Shown here: piece after piece, positions 26,330-39,000 of the stretch | Layout of the letters: each line of letters begins with the position of its first letter | How positions within the stretch are numbered: the stretch's first letter is position 1 | Source: Cetorhinus maximus | Taxonomy: Eukaryota | Direction of reading: 5' to 3' | NCBI RefSeq assembly: GCF_964194155.1 | Contig: NC_135897.1 | Coordinates: 39,556,001-39,620,000 of the forward strand | Length of the DNA: 64,000 nucleotides | Translations under genes and position numbers: made by a program | The notes under the pieces: generated by a model | The model's input: only the letters and a program-made list of their open reading frames with translations | Database searches by the model: none | Told to the model about the DNA's origin: nothing

Positions 26330-27018
26330 GGCCAGGATTTTGCCCTTGTCAGGTGGGCTCAGCGGGGGCGTGCGGGAGCAGTCAGGAAGCTGATTGCTGC
26401 CCGCGATTGAGCTGGGACTGCGATTTCACGCTGGCGAGCCAATTAAGGCCCGCCCAGCATGAAATGTGCGCTGCAGCACTCAGTTTGGGGGTGGAAGGAG
26501 GGTGAGCGGAGAACTTTGCTCATGTACGCAGGTGCGCACAGGAAAAGCACCCTGAGGCACAGAGCTGCCTCAGGGAGATGAAGATTTAAAAAATTAAAAA
26601 TTAAAAATTTTAAAATGTTAAAAAAACATGTCCCCTCATGTGACTCTGTCACGTGAGCAGGGACGTGTTATGAATGAAATTTAAACATTTTTATTTAATT
26701 TTTATTTGCTGTTGGACACCTCCTCCCGCCCCTGGATGAGGTTTCCTAAAGAATCCAAAGGCCACTTGGCCTTTTTGCCTGCCCACCAACCATAAGGTTG
26801 GACAGGCAGCGAAAAATTGAACTTAATTATTACCTTAATTGTCTTAATAGGCTTTTTAATTGTTGGCAGGTGCACTGCCGACTCCCACGCATGTCCACTG
26901 ACCGAAATATCGTGCAAGTGCCCGATGGCATCGGGACGCTTGCCCGACGTCATCGCACGTCATTTTACACTTGTTTGGGAGGGGTGCAGGCCCACCAGAT
27001 GAGCGAAAAATTCTGGCC
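26330..27018. mobile_element. Harbinger MITE
   Basis: TIRs GGCCAGGATTTT / AAAATTCTGGCC; flanks CTG/TTG; family palindromes present. Confidence 0.88.
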
Positions 27019-27538
27019 TTGGAGCCAGTGTCCCACACCCCACTCAATCATGTGCGGCTGTTCCTAATCTGTTTGTCTCCACGCCAGTTTGCACATGCCT
27101 TTAAACAAATGTGTAACTTACACGTTCAGTGTAATGTTTTAAAACTATGTTAAATTATGAAACGCAATAAAGAATATAAATGAACCCATGAACAAATACT
27201 TACTTCTTTTGAAACAGACTCAATATCTGCAGTTAGTATTAGCAGCAGTACAAAATCCACAAAGCAAAATGGCATATTGCTTTTGGGAAAAAAATCATAG
27301 ATCTTACAAGAGAGACTGAGTGCATCTTTATACAAATAGCTGCTGTAACAGTGGCTCAAGAATCTGTCAAAAAGTCAACACAAAAGCTTCATTCCTCTCC
27401 TGTTAAACCTGGACCTGAGTGATTACTGGCAGCATCTATAAAACATGAAGCTCGATTTTAATTACAGCATTGATGTGTTAAAACTAATTAATTAGAATAG
27501 TCTTATTTTATTGTTTGCACTACATATTATAAGACTGG

Positions 27539-30457
27539 GGATGGAGTTTTCCAGTACCCCCCTGCGGTGGGTTTAATAGCAGGCAGGTTGGCGGGGGTGC
27601 GGTGACAGAGACAATGCGACAATGCGGCGGGAGCTAAAAAATCGGCTTCCTGCTGGCTCCCGGCCACCATGATGGGTCACGATTCCCCCAGAGGCTGACC
27701 TGAAACTGATTTGCATCCTGCAGTTGAAGGCCCGACTGGTCGTCTGTGATGCCATGGGCAAATCATGTCGGTCCAGGACATGTCTAGAACTATATGGCAT
27801 GTAAAAGTTGGCAGTTACCTTCAGGCCTGGGGCAGGCCACAGAGATGAGAAGATGAAGGCCTCCTTCGATCGGACCCGGAATACCACGTGCAGCACTGGC
27901 GGGTGGAGCATCAAGCACGTGGATCTTCTCTGCGCAGCAGCATCCAGGGGGTCGTTGTTCTCAGCGCAGCAACTTCTCTGAGGGTTTGGGTGTTCAACCA
28001 GCAACTTTTTCAAGAGTTTGAATCATCAAGCTGCAGGTGGAAGGCTGCAGGAGGTACTGTTGGGTGGCAAGGGCCTGTGCTGGGGGTGGGGGGAAGACGG
28101 GGAGGAGAGGAATGAAGAGGTGGGGCAGGTGTGCAGGCTTTGAAGGAGGTTGGGGGTGGTATTGGGAAGAGAGGGATTCAGTGGGGGTCCAATGGCTGAG
28201 CTGGTACAGAGCGGGAAGGTGCGGAGGGCCCTGCTGGGTTGCGAGCAGAGGTGGGGGGCTTGTGCGACCACTTGTGATTTCAGAACTTATTAAATTTTCT
28301 TTCCCTCACGCTTCTTCTAACTGCTCCCCCAATATCCACAGCAGAGGTGGAGGTAGCTTGTTGACCCACTGGCCTTGTTGCTTTGGATGATCTTAGTAGA
28401 TGTCCTCTGGAAACCTGAGGCCTGGAGCGCCCCAGCTTACTTTGGCTGTCCTACTCTGGAGCGGCTGCTTCCTCTATGGTTACAGAGGGTGAGGCTGAAG
28501 GTGTCACAGGCAAAGGGGATTCTGAAGGGCCAGAAACTATCAGAGAATCCTGAGAGGAGGTCCCAGGGGTGTCCGACTGCTCCTCCTTCTTCCTTTGGGT
28601 GCCCAAGGGGCCCTCTCTGACTCCTTAAGGGGAAGGGGCACCTGGAGGGAGGTCAATGTGCGCCATGCCCCTCTTGCGTAGTCACTGCAGAAGCTCACCC
28701 ATGGCTACAGCGATGGTGTGCAGGCCTGCGCGCATCTCTGGCTGAATCTGCTAGACCATGTTCTCCATGGAGTTGGCCACCCTCCCTATGGAAACCTCCA
28801 TGTGTGCACAGATTCGGCACCACTTCATCAGCCAGTAGGATGACAGACTTTTCCACCTTGCATGCCACCCTGTTGAGGGCCTGATTTTCCCCCATCTCTT
28901 GCTGCCCCTCTAGTATCTTTTGGAAGGTCAATTCTAGAAGCCCGTCATTAGGAGCGAACCTCGCAGATGCCTCTTCCCCAGCACTTCTCCAAGTGCTAAT
29001 GAGTTTGGCTGACCCTGCCTCCTCCTGCAATGGACATATGTCCTTCCAGTGATCACCAGAATGTGAGACCCTTCCTCAACTAGAACAATACCCACTGAGG
29101 TGTGTGTCTCTGAGCTGATGGAGGGTGCAGGTGTCTGCTGCGATGCCTCTACAGGTGCACTTTTTCCCTCTGTAGTATCCTTGGTCCTCTCTGGGCTTGT
29201 GTTCGTGCTGGACAGGGCTTCCTCAGTTTCGGATTTTGCCCTCTTCCTGGTGGCACCTGTAAGTGAGAGAGGAGAGAGCGAGTGACTGCATGAGCTGCCT
29301 TCAACATGGAGGTACCCTTGACCCTGAGGTTTCTATGACAAGCATGGATCCTTACTGGATGGAGACCATGAGCCAATCTCTCCATCTCCAATGGATCTGT
29401 CCCGATCTATCCTTGCCAGCTAGGCTGTCTGCTCCTCAAAGTTAGTCAGCTCTACAAATTGTGGCAAACCCCCTCCCATCTTTTCCCTCTCTGTACGAAT
29501 GTGATTTAACTTTTCCTGCACAAAGAGAGAAGATGGGATTGAGATTAGTTGGGTTTCATGTATCTTTCTCATTCTTCCAGTCTACAAATAACTCACTGGA
29601 TTGTGTGGCACATGATTGATGTGTTGTTAGTTGTCCAGGAGCTTTTTGGGCCATGCACAAACAAGGATAAGACTCGGACTGGCATGTCATTTGCAGCACT
29701 AGCTGGTGTCTTCAATGCCTGAGCCCCTTTCTCCCCCTCACCCCCCCCCCCCCCCCCCCCGGAGACAGCATGTGAACTCTGTGTGTGGATGGTTGAGGGA
29801 GCCACAGTGGCCTCTCCACCTGCAGAGTAGGTGAACTGCACTGGGGCTATGAAGCATGACCTTATCACGGTGCCAGTGAGGCCCATGTCCCCTGTACCAT
29901 TCATTGAGGTGAGTGTGAGCACGTGAGGGCTCACTTATCCTGGCGGCATGGATTCGGTCGTTCGTCTGCTTCCTGCACTGCAGGGCAGTGCTCTGCTGGA
30001 GTGCATCAGTCACGTGCCACACATATTTGTAAGACTGGAGCTGGGCACTGACTGCCCTGGAGACTTACTCCCATGCAGAGTTCATGTTCCTGCTCGACCT
30101 CCTCCTCCTCCCATCTGCTAGAAAAATAACGTCTCTCATGGCCTCCACTTGGTCGAGGAGGACACCCAGGGAGGCGTTGCTGAACTTGGGGGCTGGAGGC
30201 CCCTGTCCTCTTCTGGCCATCTCCTCAATCAGCGCGGTGGCTAAGTTGCTGTCTGGATGCCTTTTAAATATGGCACCTGGATATGCCGGTGAGGTGGCAC
30301 CATCCAGCCCGCCCCGCCACAAAAAGTGTCAGGAAACCCCCGACTGTACAATTAATGAGGCCGGGGTCGTGTGAATTCCCTGCGGCCTCTGCGGCGAGAA
30401 ACACTCCTCATCGCTGCCCCCACCACGGGTTTAGTCCCGGAAGGGAAAATTCTGCCC
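27539..30457 (-). mobile_element. 2.9-kb non-autonomous Harbinger with decayed 3-exon Myb/SANT gene
   Basis: Termini GGATGGAGTTTTCC / GGAAAATTCTGCCC, TGG on both sides. Exon 1 from ATG 30220 (MARRGQGPPAPKFSNASLGVLLDQV...AWE...QCRKQTND); exon 2 near 29515 (EKLNHIRTEREKMGGG); exon 3 from about 29256. Confidence 0.8.
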
Positions 30458-33400
30458 TGGATTTTTTAAAACACAAATAATTTTCAGTCTGCCTCTTAAT
30501 ATCATGGTCCTTGAGCATAAGCACTGGTGCTGTGAGTTTGCCAAAAAAATTGGGGTTGAGCTGGTCCCAGGTGCCACAACTCAAAATATGAACCACGCCA
30601 AATTTTGAGACAAAGATCCTTTACGGGAATTTAATAGGTTAGTAGCACATGAAAATCACATCCAAAAGGTTTGGCCTGCAGCACCGGAGAACATAAAATC
30701 ATGTGACCCAGCAGTCCTTAAAGCAGAGCAACTCACTGTAAAAGGGGAAGATGTATCAGCTGAAAAGTGGACTGTGTGTTCACAATAGCACAACAGAGAC
30801 ATATGAGAAACTGCCCTATCTGTTGTTGAGGATCCTGGTGCAGGGAGCTATACGAGAGGATGATGATGCTACACTCCCACTTTAAGTTAAAGCACAAGCT
30901 GCTGGGACAGTGATCACTGACCATGTCAACAGCATTGCACAGGTCCCATTTCCTTGGCTACCAGTGAGGAAGAAATTTGCATGTATCAACATGGAGGCAA
31001 AGTTAACTGTGCTCCTTATTTTTGGTGGAATTGGAGGAAGTACAGCAAACCAGACTCTCAGGGGTCCAGCCTGAAGCACTGTTTTTGTCAGCTTTCTAAT
31101 TGACTCAGCAATTATGAGTGAGGGAGGTCTCCAAAAAGCCATTCCCCCACTGTTTATTCTCTCCTTCCAGAACGGATCTCGCCCTCCAAATAAGGGCAGT
31201 GGGTGAGCTCTCAAAGTTGGATGGTGGATAGGAAGTCCCTCCAGCTTGAGCAGTAGTAGGATCTCATTCAAGATAATTGAGAAAGGCCTGCTCTGCTACT
31301 TCTTCGAATTTAAAATATAAAAAGCCCTCAGCAGCTGGGCCATCGTTGTGTCGGGCTGGGCTGGGTGGGAAGAGAAGATTAGGGGAACCCCTCCACAGTG
31401 CTGCTACTGAACCCAGGGAGGCAGGGAGGGCCTTGACGCTTCCCTGGAGCACTGCCGCCCGTGGTCTGCTGCCAGGAGGCCACCCACAGACAGCTGTACT
31501 GCCCCCCAGCCTGGAAATACCTGTCTGCCTCCTGCGACAGGCTTTACTTAATAGCCCTTAAACAGTTCAGTTGGCTCCCTGCCGTTTGCAGGTGAGCAGC
31601 CCTGCCGCACCCCCTCCCCGACCCCATCTCACCTCGAGGTAAATGGCCAGGGGGCTGGATTGAGCCAGGGAACCGGCATGAAGGCCAGTGACACGAAATT
31701 CCACACCCACCCATCTCCATTCCTGCTCCCGGCATCATGTCTGCATTCTGGACAGTGACCGTTGGCACAGTAATGATATTTCTGGTACCAACTGAACATT
31801 AATTCAGTGCAAACCCTTGCTACCCACCCAGCCAGAAGGATTGATAAAAACAGCCTAAATATGGTATGGATGCCACCTACAACATCTTTCCAGCTGTTGT
31901 AATGTCTAAGTCCTGTTCAGCAGATACCCCCTTTCCACAAGGGAAGAAGTGAAACTGTTGCCCACTGCAAACATTGTGTGTCATTCAAATGGTACCTGTG
32001 TGCACTGCAAACTGCTGAAGTGGCATAAGTGCTCTGGCGTACCTCATGCAATATCTGGAATTGGTTATGTTACATAACAGCCTGTCTTATGAGGTGAAGG
32101 CAGCAAAGACATGTCCAGTTTCTTTTGATGTGTGCTCATAAATGTGGGTCCCAGGGTAGTGACGCTGGGTCATTGAATGTAGACAAGGCTGAATTAGGCA
32201 GAGTTTTTGATGTGCAAGGGAATCAACGGCCAGCAGGAAAGTGGAGTTGAGGCCACAATCAGATCAACCATGATCTCATTGAATGGCAGACCAGGCTCGA
32301 GGGGCTGAATGGCCTACTCTTCCTATTTCTTATGTTCTCATAATTGGTGTTACAAAGTGTTTTAAGTGTTGTTTCACTTGATTTGTTGGCTCTTCCTGAA
32401 TTCCTCTTTTTTCATCAAAACCAGGTAGCTCATTGGGAACCTCCAAAGTGTGTGATCCTTTTCATGGTGACTGATATGATTTACATGCAAGCAGGAATAA
32501 TAAAGGAAAACAAATTAATGTATAAAGTAAAATGTAATTTACAACCTTTGTTCAGTTTGATGTTCCTTGTATGCTCAACAAAAGACTGTATCGTGAGTGT
32601 AGACCCTCACGTGATTGGCCCTGTATTCTGAAGCTCATTTTAATGTGGTGTGGCGACTATTTCGTGTTTTGTATTACAGTGAACTTGAGATGCAAGGACA
32701 TCTTATTTTTTCAATATGAACCTTTGTTGAACTAGGATAACCCAACAGGAATTTGCTTTATGAATGGTTCAATCCAATTTATGAAGGGTATAGACTGAAA
32801 GTGCAAACATGTCTCTTAATTTGGTACTAGTTGGTTTTAAGATTATCAGGGTCACTCAGAGGGGTCACAACACACTTTTCCAAAATTCAGTCTGAGGACC
32901 ACTAGCCTTGAAATTAAACTGCAGGATTAAAGCATCCACTTGAACTTTCTTTGTTCAGTCTCTCAACAGGACACATATGGGGGGATTTTATGGAACCCAA
33001 AAGAGCAGCAAATATGGTTTGACTTAATTAGGCAGGATGGGAAATTTTGATTTCCCAATGATGGGCTGAGGTGCAGTCTGCTCGGCCTCACACCAGCCCA
33101 CTTGTAATACATTTGCATGCCTTGAATATTCATTAAGGTAAAACGTTCTTTAATTATGTCCTACCTTTGAGATAAATTCAGCGCCGTTTGAGAATCATGA
33201 TTGTTTTGTGAGGTTAGCGGTTTCCTTGTTTAACTCTACCGCACAAGGCTGGGGAGCAGGAGAATGGACACTTGCACGGAGGCTCGGGACTGGTAAGGGT
33301 CAGTCAGTAGTGAGGGAGGTTGTAGAATGGGTTCAGGGGCATTGAGGAGTGGAAGAGGGATGCAGAGGAGGACAGAGAGTAGGGTCAGGGGCAAGGAGGA

Positions 33401-33745
33401 GTGAAGTGGAAACGACCTGCCACCCTGGGTATGGGAGGGGGTGGTGAGAGATGGTGAGGACAGTCAATCAAGGTAAGAAAATGAAGGGTCCAGAGGGCAA
33501 TATCAGTACTGTCCAAATGTGTGTCTAGCTCAGGGTGTTGGCTGGCAGAGTCCTTGCAGGGCTTTGAGTTCACCTACAACATTTCAACTAACGCACTGAG
33601 AATGATCTTGGACATTGTCCTTTACAATGTATAGCAGGGAGGGCCAGCTGAGCCTGCAGGTTCAGCCTTGTCCCACAGTGCGACAAGTACAACCTGCACA
33701 CTAACATGAACAATCAATAAAGAGTGAATGCAAAAACACAGCATT

Positions 33746-34870
33746 GGCTGGAATTTTCCAGCCCCGTTGGTGTTGGGCATCATGGTGGGCAGGGCTGGGG
33801 GGATCAATATGGTGAGAAGGCCAAAAATCGTTTTCTCACCTTGGTGAAACCAGTTTGCGATCATCCGCTCCACCCGTCAATGGCGGGCTGCGTTTCCCGC
33901 CTCTGCACGTTGAAAATCAAATTTCAATGCTTTAGCATCTCATTAAAATCCTTGCTCATCAGAATGATCCCCCCACGCTGGCTCATCCGGGCACTCATGT
34001 TTTACAACTATACATAAGTGACGTGCGCCTGGCAAGCTGCACTTTGCTCAGGACTTCGAGGTTTGTTTGCCTATCTTGCTGGGGCAGCACTTGTGGTCAT
34101 CAGTGCCAGGCTTTGCAGGCAGCACCACGTCACTTTTAAGGGGGCTCATGGGCAGGGCTCTACCTACCAGATCAGCTGTAAGGCAGGGGTGGTTTTTCAA
34201 TGGCTGCAGGGCGAGGGCTGTACTGGGGAAGTGGGTATCCCAGGGTGTCTCTGGGGACACAAGCTGATCTGTGCAAGCTGCCTTAAGATGATGAGGGCTG
34301 AGGAGGCAGTTCCAGAGAAGATGAGGCCAGATGGAGATGTGAGGGTGTGTGTGTGAGAGTGAGTGGTGATGTCTCTCGAGCTGGCAGTGAATGAGATGCC
34401 AGTGAATGTGTGATGGCCTTGTGAGTGTGAGAGTTTAGAGTGATAAGATGGTTGTCTTACCCTGGTGGCATGGATGAAATCATTCATCTGTTTTCTGCAC
34501 TGGATGGCGGACCTCTTGTTTGCAGCGTTGGCACTGACCACCTCTGCCACCACCTCCCAAGCCGGAGTGGCGAGACTGATGGGCCTCCTGCGGCCAGAGT
34601 GGGGGTAGAGGACATTGCGATGGGCATTCACAGCATCCAGAAGGCGTCCCAGGGATGCGTCACTGAATCAGGAGGCTGCACTCTTCTTGACTTTTGGAGC
34701 AATGTCTTCATCGGAGCAGTCCTGGGCTGCAGGCATTGAGAAGTATGCATGCAGCCCAGGGCTGGGCATGGAAGCGGCAAGGTAATGGCGAGATGACATG
34801 TTTCCTGTGGCTGCAGAATTAATGAGGTGGAAATGGGATGATGCGGCGTGAAAACCCACTACCGCCCATT
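33746..34870 (-). mobile_element. Non-autonomous Harbinger with Myb/SANT exon (34461-34703), sister of 1-1143
   Basis: TIR GGCTGGAATTTTCC at 33746; APKVKKSAAS*FSDASLGRLLDAVNAHRNVLYP...AWEVVAEVVSA...QCRKQMND...ATR then GTAAG. Confidence 0.82.
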
Positions 34871-35335
34871 GTTTCTTCCACAATAAAGGAAATGTCCCTA
34901 ACTCCACTGTAACCATCAATGCATTGCAACCATGAGACATGCCAATACATTTAGCTCTTTGACTAAGCTAGTCCCAACAAATAACGATGATGCACCCAAT
35001 GTAATGGGAAAATTTACAAGTGATATTTAAATTTGAAAAACACCTATGCCACTTTTGTGCTCTCAATATGTCTCATGTTAATAGCAATGTAGTTGGGCGA
35101 GAAAGTTGTGGTCATGATGCAAAACCTCCCTGTTTGACCAGGTGGCTCTTTAATAGGCTCCTGGTAGATTCAGTGTTGCCAGCTGATGGCAGGTTTCACC
35201 AATGAAAAGCTTCTTCCACCGCTAAATCAAAGGTGTTTTGCATGCATAGCACTAGCACTTTGAATTTTACTTTTAATCTTGTGGGAAACAGCAAAAAGAG
35301 AGAAAGTGGAAGTGGTGTACCCTTCCAATGACAAT

Positions 35336-35467
35336 GTCTGCAGAAGAGTCATATGGACTCGAAACGTTAACTGTTTCTCTCTCCACAGATGCTGTCAGAC
35401 CTGCTGAGTTTTTCCAGCATTTTCTGTTTTTATTTCAGATTTCCAGCACCTGCAGTATTTTGCTTTT
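35336..35467 (+). mobile_element. Penelope 3' fragment beginning at a hammerhead motif
   Basis: CTGCAGA-A-GAGTC-ATATG-GACTC-GAAA-CGTT-AAC then cagatgctgtcagacctgctgagtttttccagc. Confidence 0.8.
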
Positions 35468-35585
35468 AGCCCACAACTTGGAAGTTTCCTGCCCTGAGAA
35501 AATCCATTAAAATGTATAATCCTCTTTCAGCGGGCTCTCTCCCCACAATGTTTTTCATCTTTTCCTTGTATCTCTCTTTTCGTGT

Positions 35586-36050
35586 GTCAGCCGTGGCTCA
35601 CTCGGTAGCACTCTCACCTCTGAGTCTGAAGGTTTCTGGTTCAAGTTCCACCCCAGGACTTGAACACAAATATCAAAACTGACACTCCATTGCAGTACCT
35701 AGAGAGTGCTGCACTGTTGGAGGAGCCGTCCTTCAGATAAGGCATTAAACTGAGGCCCTGTTTGCCTCCTCAGGTAGACGTAAAAGATTTTGTGTTGCTA
35801 TTTCAAAGACCAGGGAAGATATCCCGGTGTCTTGGCCAATATGTATCCTTCAATCAACAAAAACAAAAACAGATTATCTGTTCATTATCACGTTGCTGTT
35901 TGTGGGAGCTTGCTGTGCACAAATTGGCTGCTGCATTTCCTACATTACAACAGTACTCCAAAAATTTCAAAACTACTTCATTGATTGTAAAGTGTTTTAA
36001 GAAGTTGGTGGTTGGGAAGGGCACTATATAAATGCAAGTCTTTATTCTCT
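35586..36050 (+). mobile_element. Deu-domain-type tRNA SINE
   Basis: gtcagccgtggctca...ggttcaagttcc head; same core and tail as 13150. Confidence 0.8.
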
Positions 36051-39000
36051 TTGGCTTTCTTTCACTCTGTTTCTCTTATATTCTCTCCATTTGCCCGTCT
36101 ATCTATTTTTATCTTTTTATCTCTACCCAGTGTTAACTGATTATTGTCGATGCCAAACTGGACATGTGGCTTGAGGATGAGAACTGCTACCTGGTTAAGC
36201 AATGTGCAAGTTATTTAAAAAGCCAGCAGGCTTGCAAAGCAACAGATGATGTGCTGAGTGCACAGCAAAAATATTGACTTGATTAAATTGGTTTATATAA
36301 ACATATAGTAAAGTGGGGCCTGGTATGACAGTGCTGGAAATATGAAATTTTAGGACTATGTGCAGCATTGTATTTCATGCATGGTTAGCAGCACAGTCAG
36401 TGCCCATTCTGTAAACCATGTCTAGATCCTGCTATCCTTGGGTTTAAAGAGATATTGCTTTCATTGAAATTCTCAAGTACTGTGACTTAATAAGCCTTTC
36501 ATTCTGTTGATATTCTTAATGAAAAAGACAATGCCGTCATAATATAAAATAGATCATTGGGTGATTTTGATTGCAAGCACAGAAAAATGGTTAACTAAAT
36601 ATAGTTCCTTCAGATAAACTTCTTTTAATTGCACTAATTAGGGTCTTGTACTTCATCTCAACTTTATAGGGGAGGATAGAAGTGACAGTGAACAGAAAAG
36701 TGTAATATTGACTAACCACAGAAATTCCCACCCCTTATTCCCTACTGAAAGCTAATGATTACAAAATGGAATAATGTAACGTCTTTACACTCCTGGCACG
36801 GAGTCTTTGCCCCTGGGAACACTATCGGTAAGTTGAGCACAGTACAAGTCCATTTTCCAATTTACACTGGCAGTGGGTCACTAATGGAAAAACATGACAC
36901 TCTACTACATTGACAAATACAAAACACTGGGAATATTCATTATAAATTGTAATGTGCTATTTTCTACTAGTATTGATGTGTACAATTAATAAGATATGCT
37001 TGTGTCTATTTTATATGCAGGTAGCCAAATCGTCATCTTGCAAAAAAATTGATTAAAAGTTGAGCCAAAAAAATACAATGGTGCTGGAGCTTACCAAAGT
37101 CCCACTGAGCGCCTGTAGCATCATATTTGACAGTGAATTTCTGCTTGATGTTGTGCTATAGAATTGCAACATCAGCCACAGGCTCTCTTGTGGTTCTCAG
37201 TTAGATATTGCTTTCAGTCTATATATCTGGTACTTTATTAACAATGATAAAACAATAAACATGAAGTACTTGTTGACTGCATCTTTACTGTCTCCTGTGA
37301 TGCAGATTGACTTAAACTGAAGCAGTTCTATCTGTCAGCCTTTGTCTCAGCTAGCTGGATTATATCTTTTTCATCGGACTGAAAAAGTTGATAGCATTGT
37401 ATCTTGGCTATGTATATCTTCTGAGCTCATCTTAATCCATTACTTGGAAATGGAATAGCTCATGCAAAATCTCCTAAACAGCTCTAAACTAGCATTTCCA
37501 AATCTCATTGCCAATATTTTATACTGCTTTCCAAAGAGAAATGATTAACATTTGTCAAGCCAAGCAGAAGTTGATGGCCTTTGAGAAGCAATTTTTAATG
37601 TCTTGGCAACCAACTAAAATACCAATTTTTAATCTGTGCTATCTGTTTTGTTATTATTGAAAAATGTACATGAAGGACTAAGCTCCACTGGCACAACATG
37701 GATACCATTTACAGGTTCAACTGCAGCAACTCGCCAAAGCTTCTTTAACAATGCCTCCCAAACCCACAACCTCCGCCATCTAGAAATACAAGAGCAGCAG
37801 GTGTATGGGATACACCACCATCTGCAAACTTCCCAACAAGTCCCATCCTGACTTGGAAATATATTGCTATTGCTTTGTCATTGCTGGGTCAGAATCCAAA
37901 ACTCCCTCCTACAAAACTTTGGGTGTAACCTTGATATATGAACTGTAGCATTTTAAGAAGGTGGCCCATCAAACCCTTGTCAGGGTTCTTTGCAGGCTTC
38001 TGGGGGTCCCTCGTTGTCATGCACTTGGTGCCTGATCGAGGGATCAGACCCAGTGATCCCCAACCCCCACCCTACTACTTCCCTCTCCCGCTATCACTCA
38101 CTCACCTTGGTCCCCTGGCGATCCTGGATTTCAGCTAAGTGTATTACCGGCAGCAGCCCTGGCTGTCAGCCTTTGATTGGCCAACAGCTGTCAACGGACG
38201 GGACTTCCGCGCCTGGGGTCCTTGATCCAGGGGAAAGCCCACCGCTGCCCAGTTAAGTGCCAGATTGGCAATTAATGTGGCAGGCCTTCCTGACAAGAGG
38301 TGTTGCAGGTCTTTCACTGGCTCTCCAGCCTGCAGGCAAGACCCCTGACACTAGCATTGAATATTGCCTAATTATCCAAATCTCCATCATACTTTTGTGC
38401 TGAACCGAACCAGAGCTAAATACTGCAATTTGTAAGAATAAGGATAAGTTTGAAGATGACGGGACCTTTTCTGATCCTCTGACTCCAACAGTCTGTCTCA
38501 AGATGCTCCATGATACTATTATATGTGTTATGGATGGGCGAAAGAGGCAAAACTGAACTCCTTTATTTTCCTTGCCATCTGTCCGTAGGCAGAGTTGTTT
38601 TAATTTTTGTAATAGGCTGTGGTGTGTTTCCTCAAACCCTCTGTTTATGAGGTCAATTTTTAAAGTGACTCGCAGCAAACTCTCTTTAGGGTTTAGTATT
38701 AAATCAGAAGTAGTTTATTCATCCATTCAAACCTGGGGAATGGTCGCAACTTCGTACACACATGAAACACACAATAAGATAAGAAAGAGGAATTTTTACA
38801 ACCATGAATAACTTAAAAGCAAAAGCACCACAGATATGGATATCAGTTCACATGATTGCAGTTCAGTGAGGGTTTCTTCAAGGAGGAGCTAGAGTTCAGG
38901 TGGGTTCAGCTAGCTGAAGCGGGATTTTTGCAGAATTCCTTTAAAGTTGATGGGGACACAGCGAGATGAGGTTAGTATACAGAGACTTGGTCTGTTTAGC

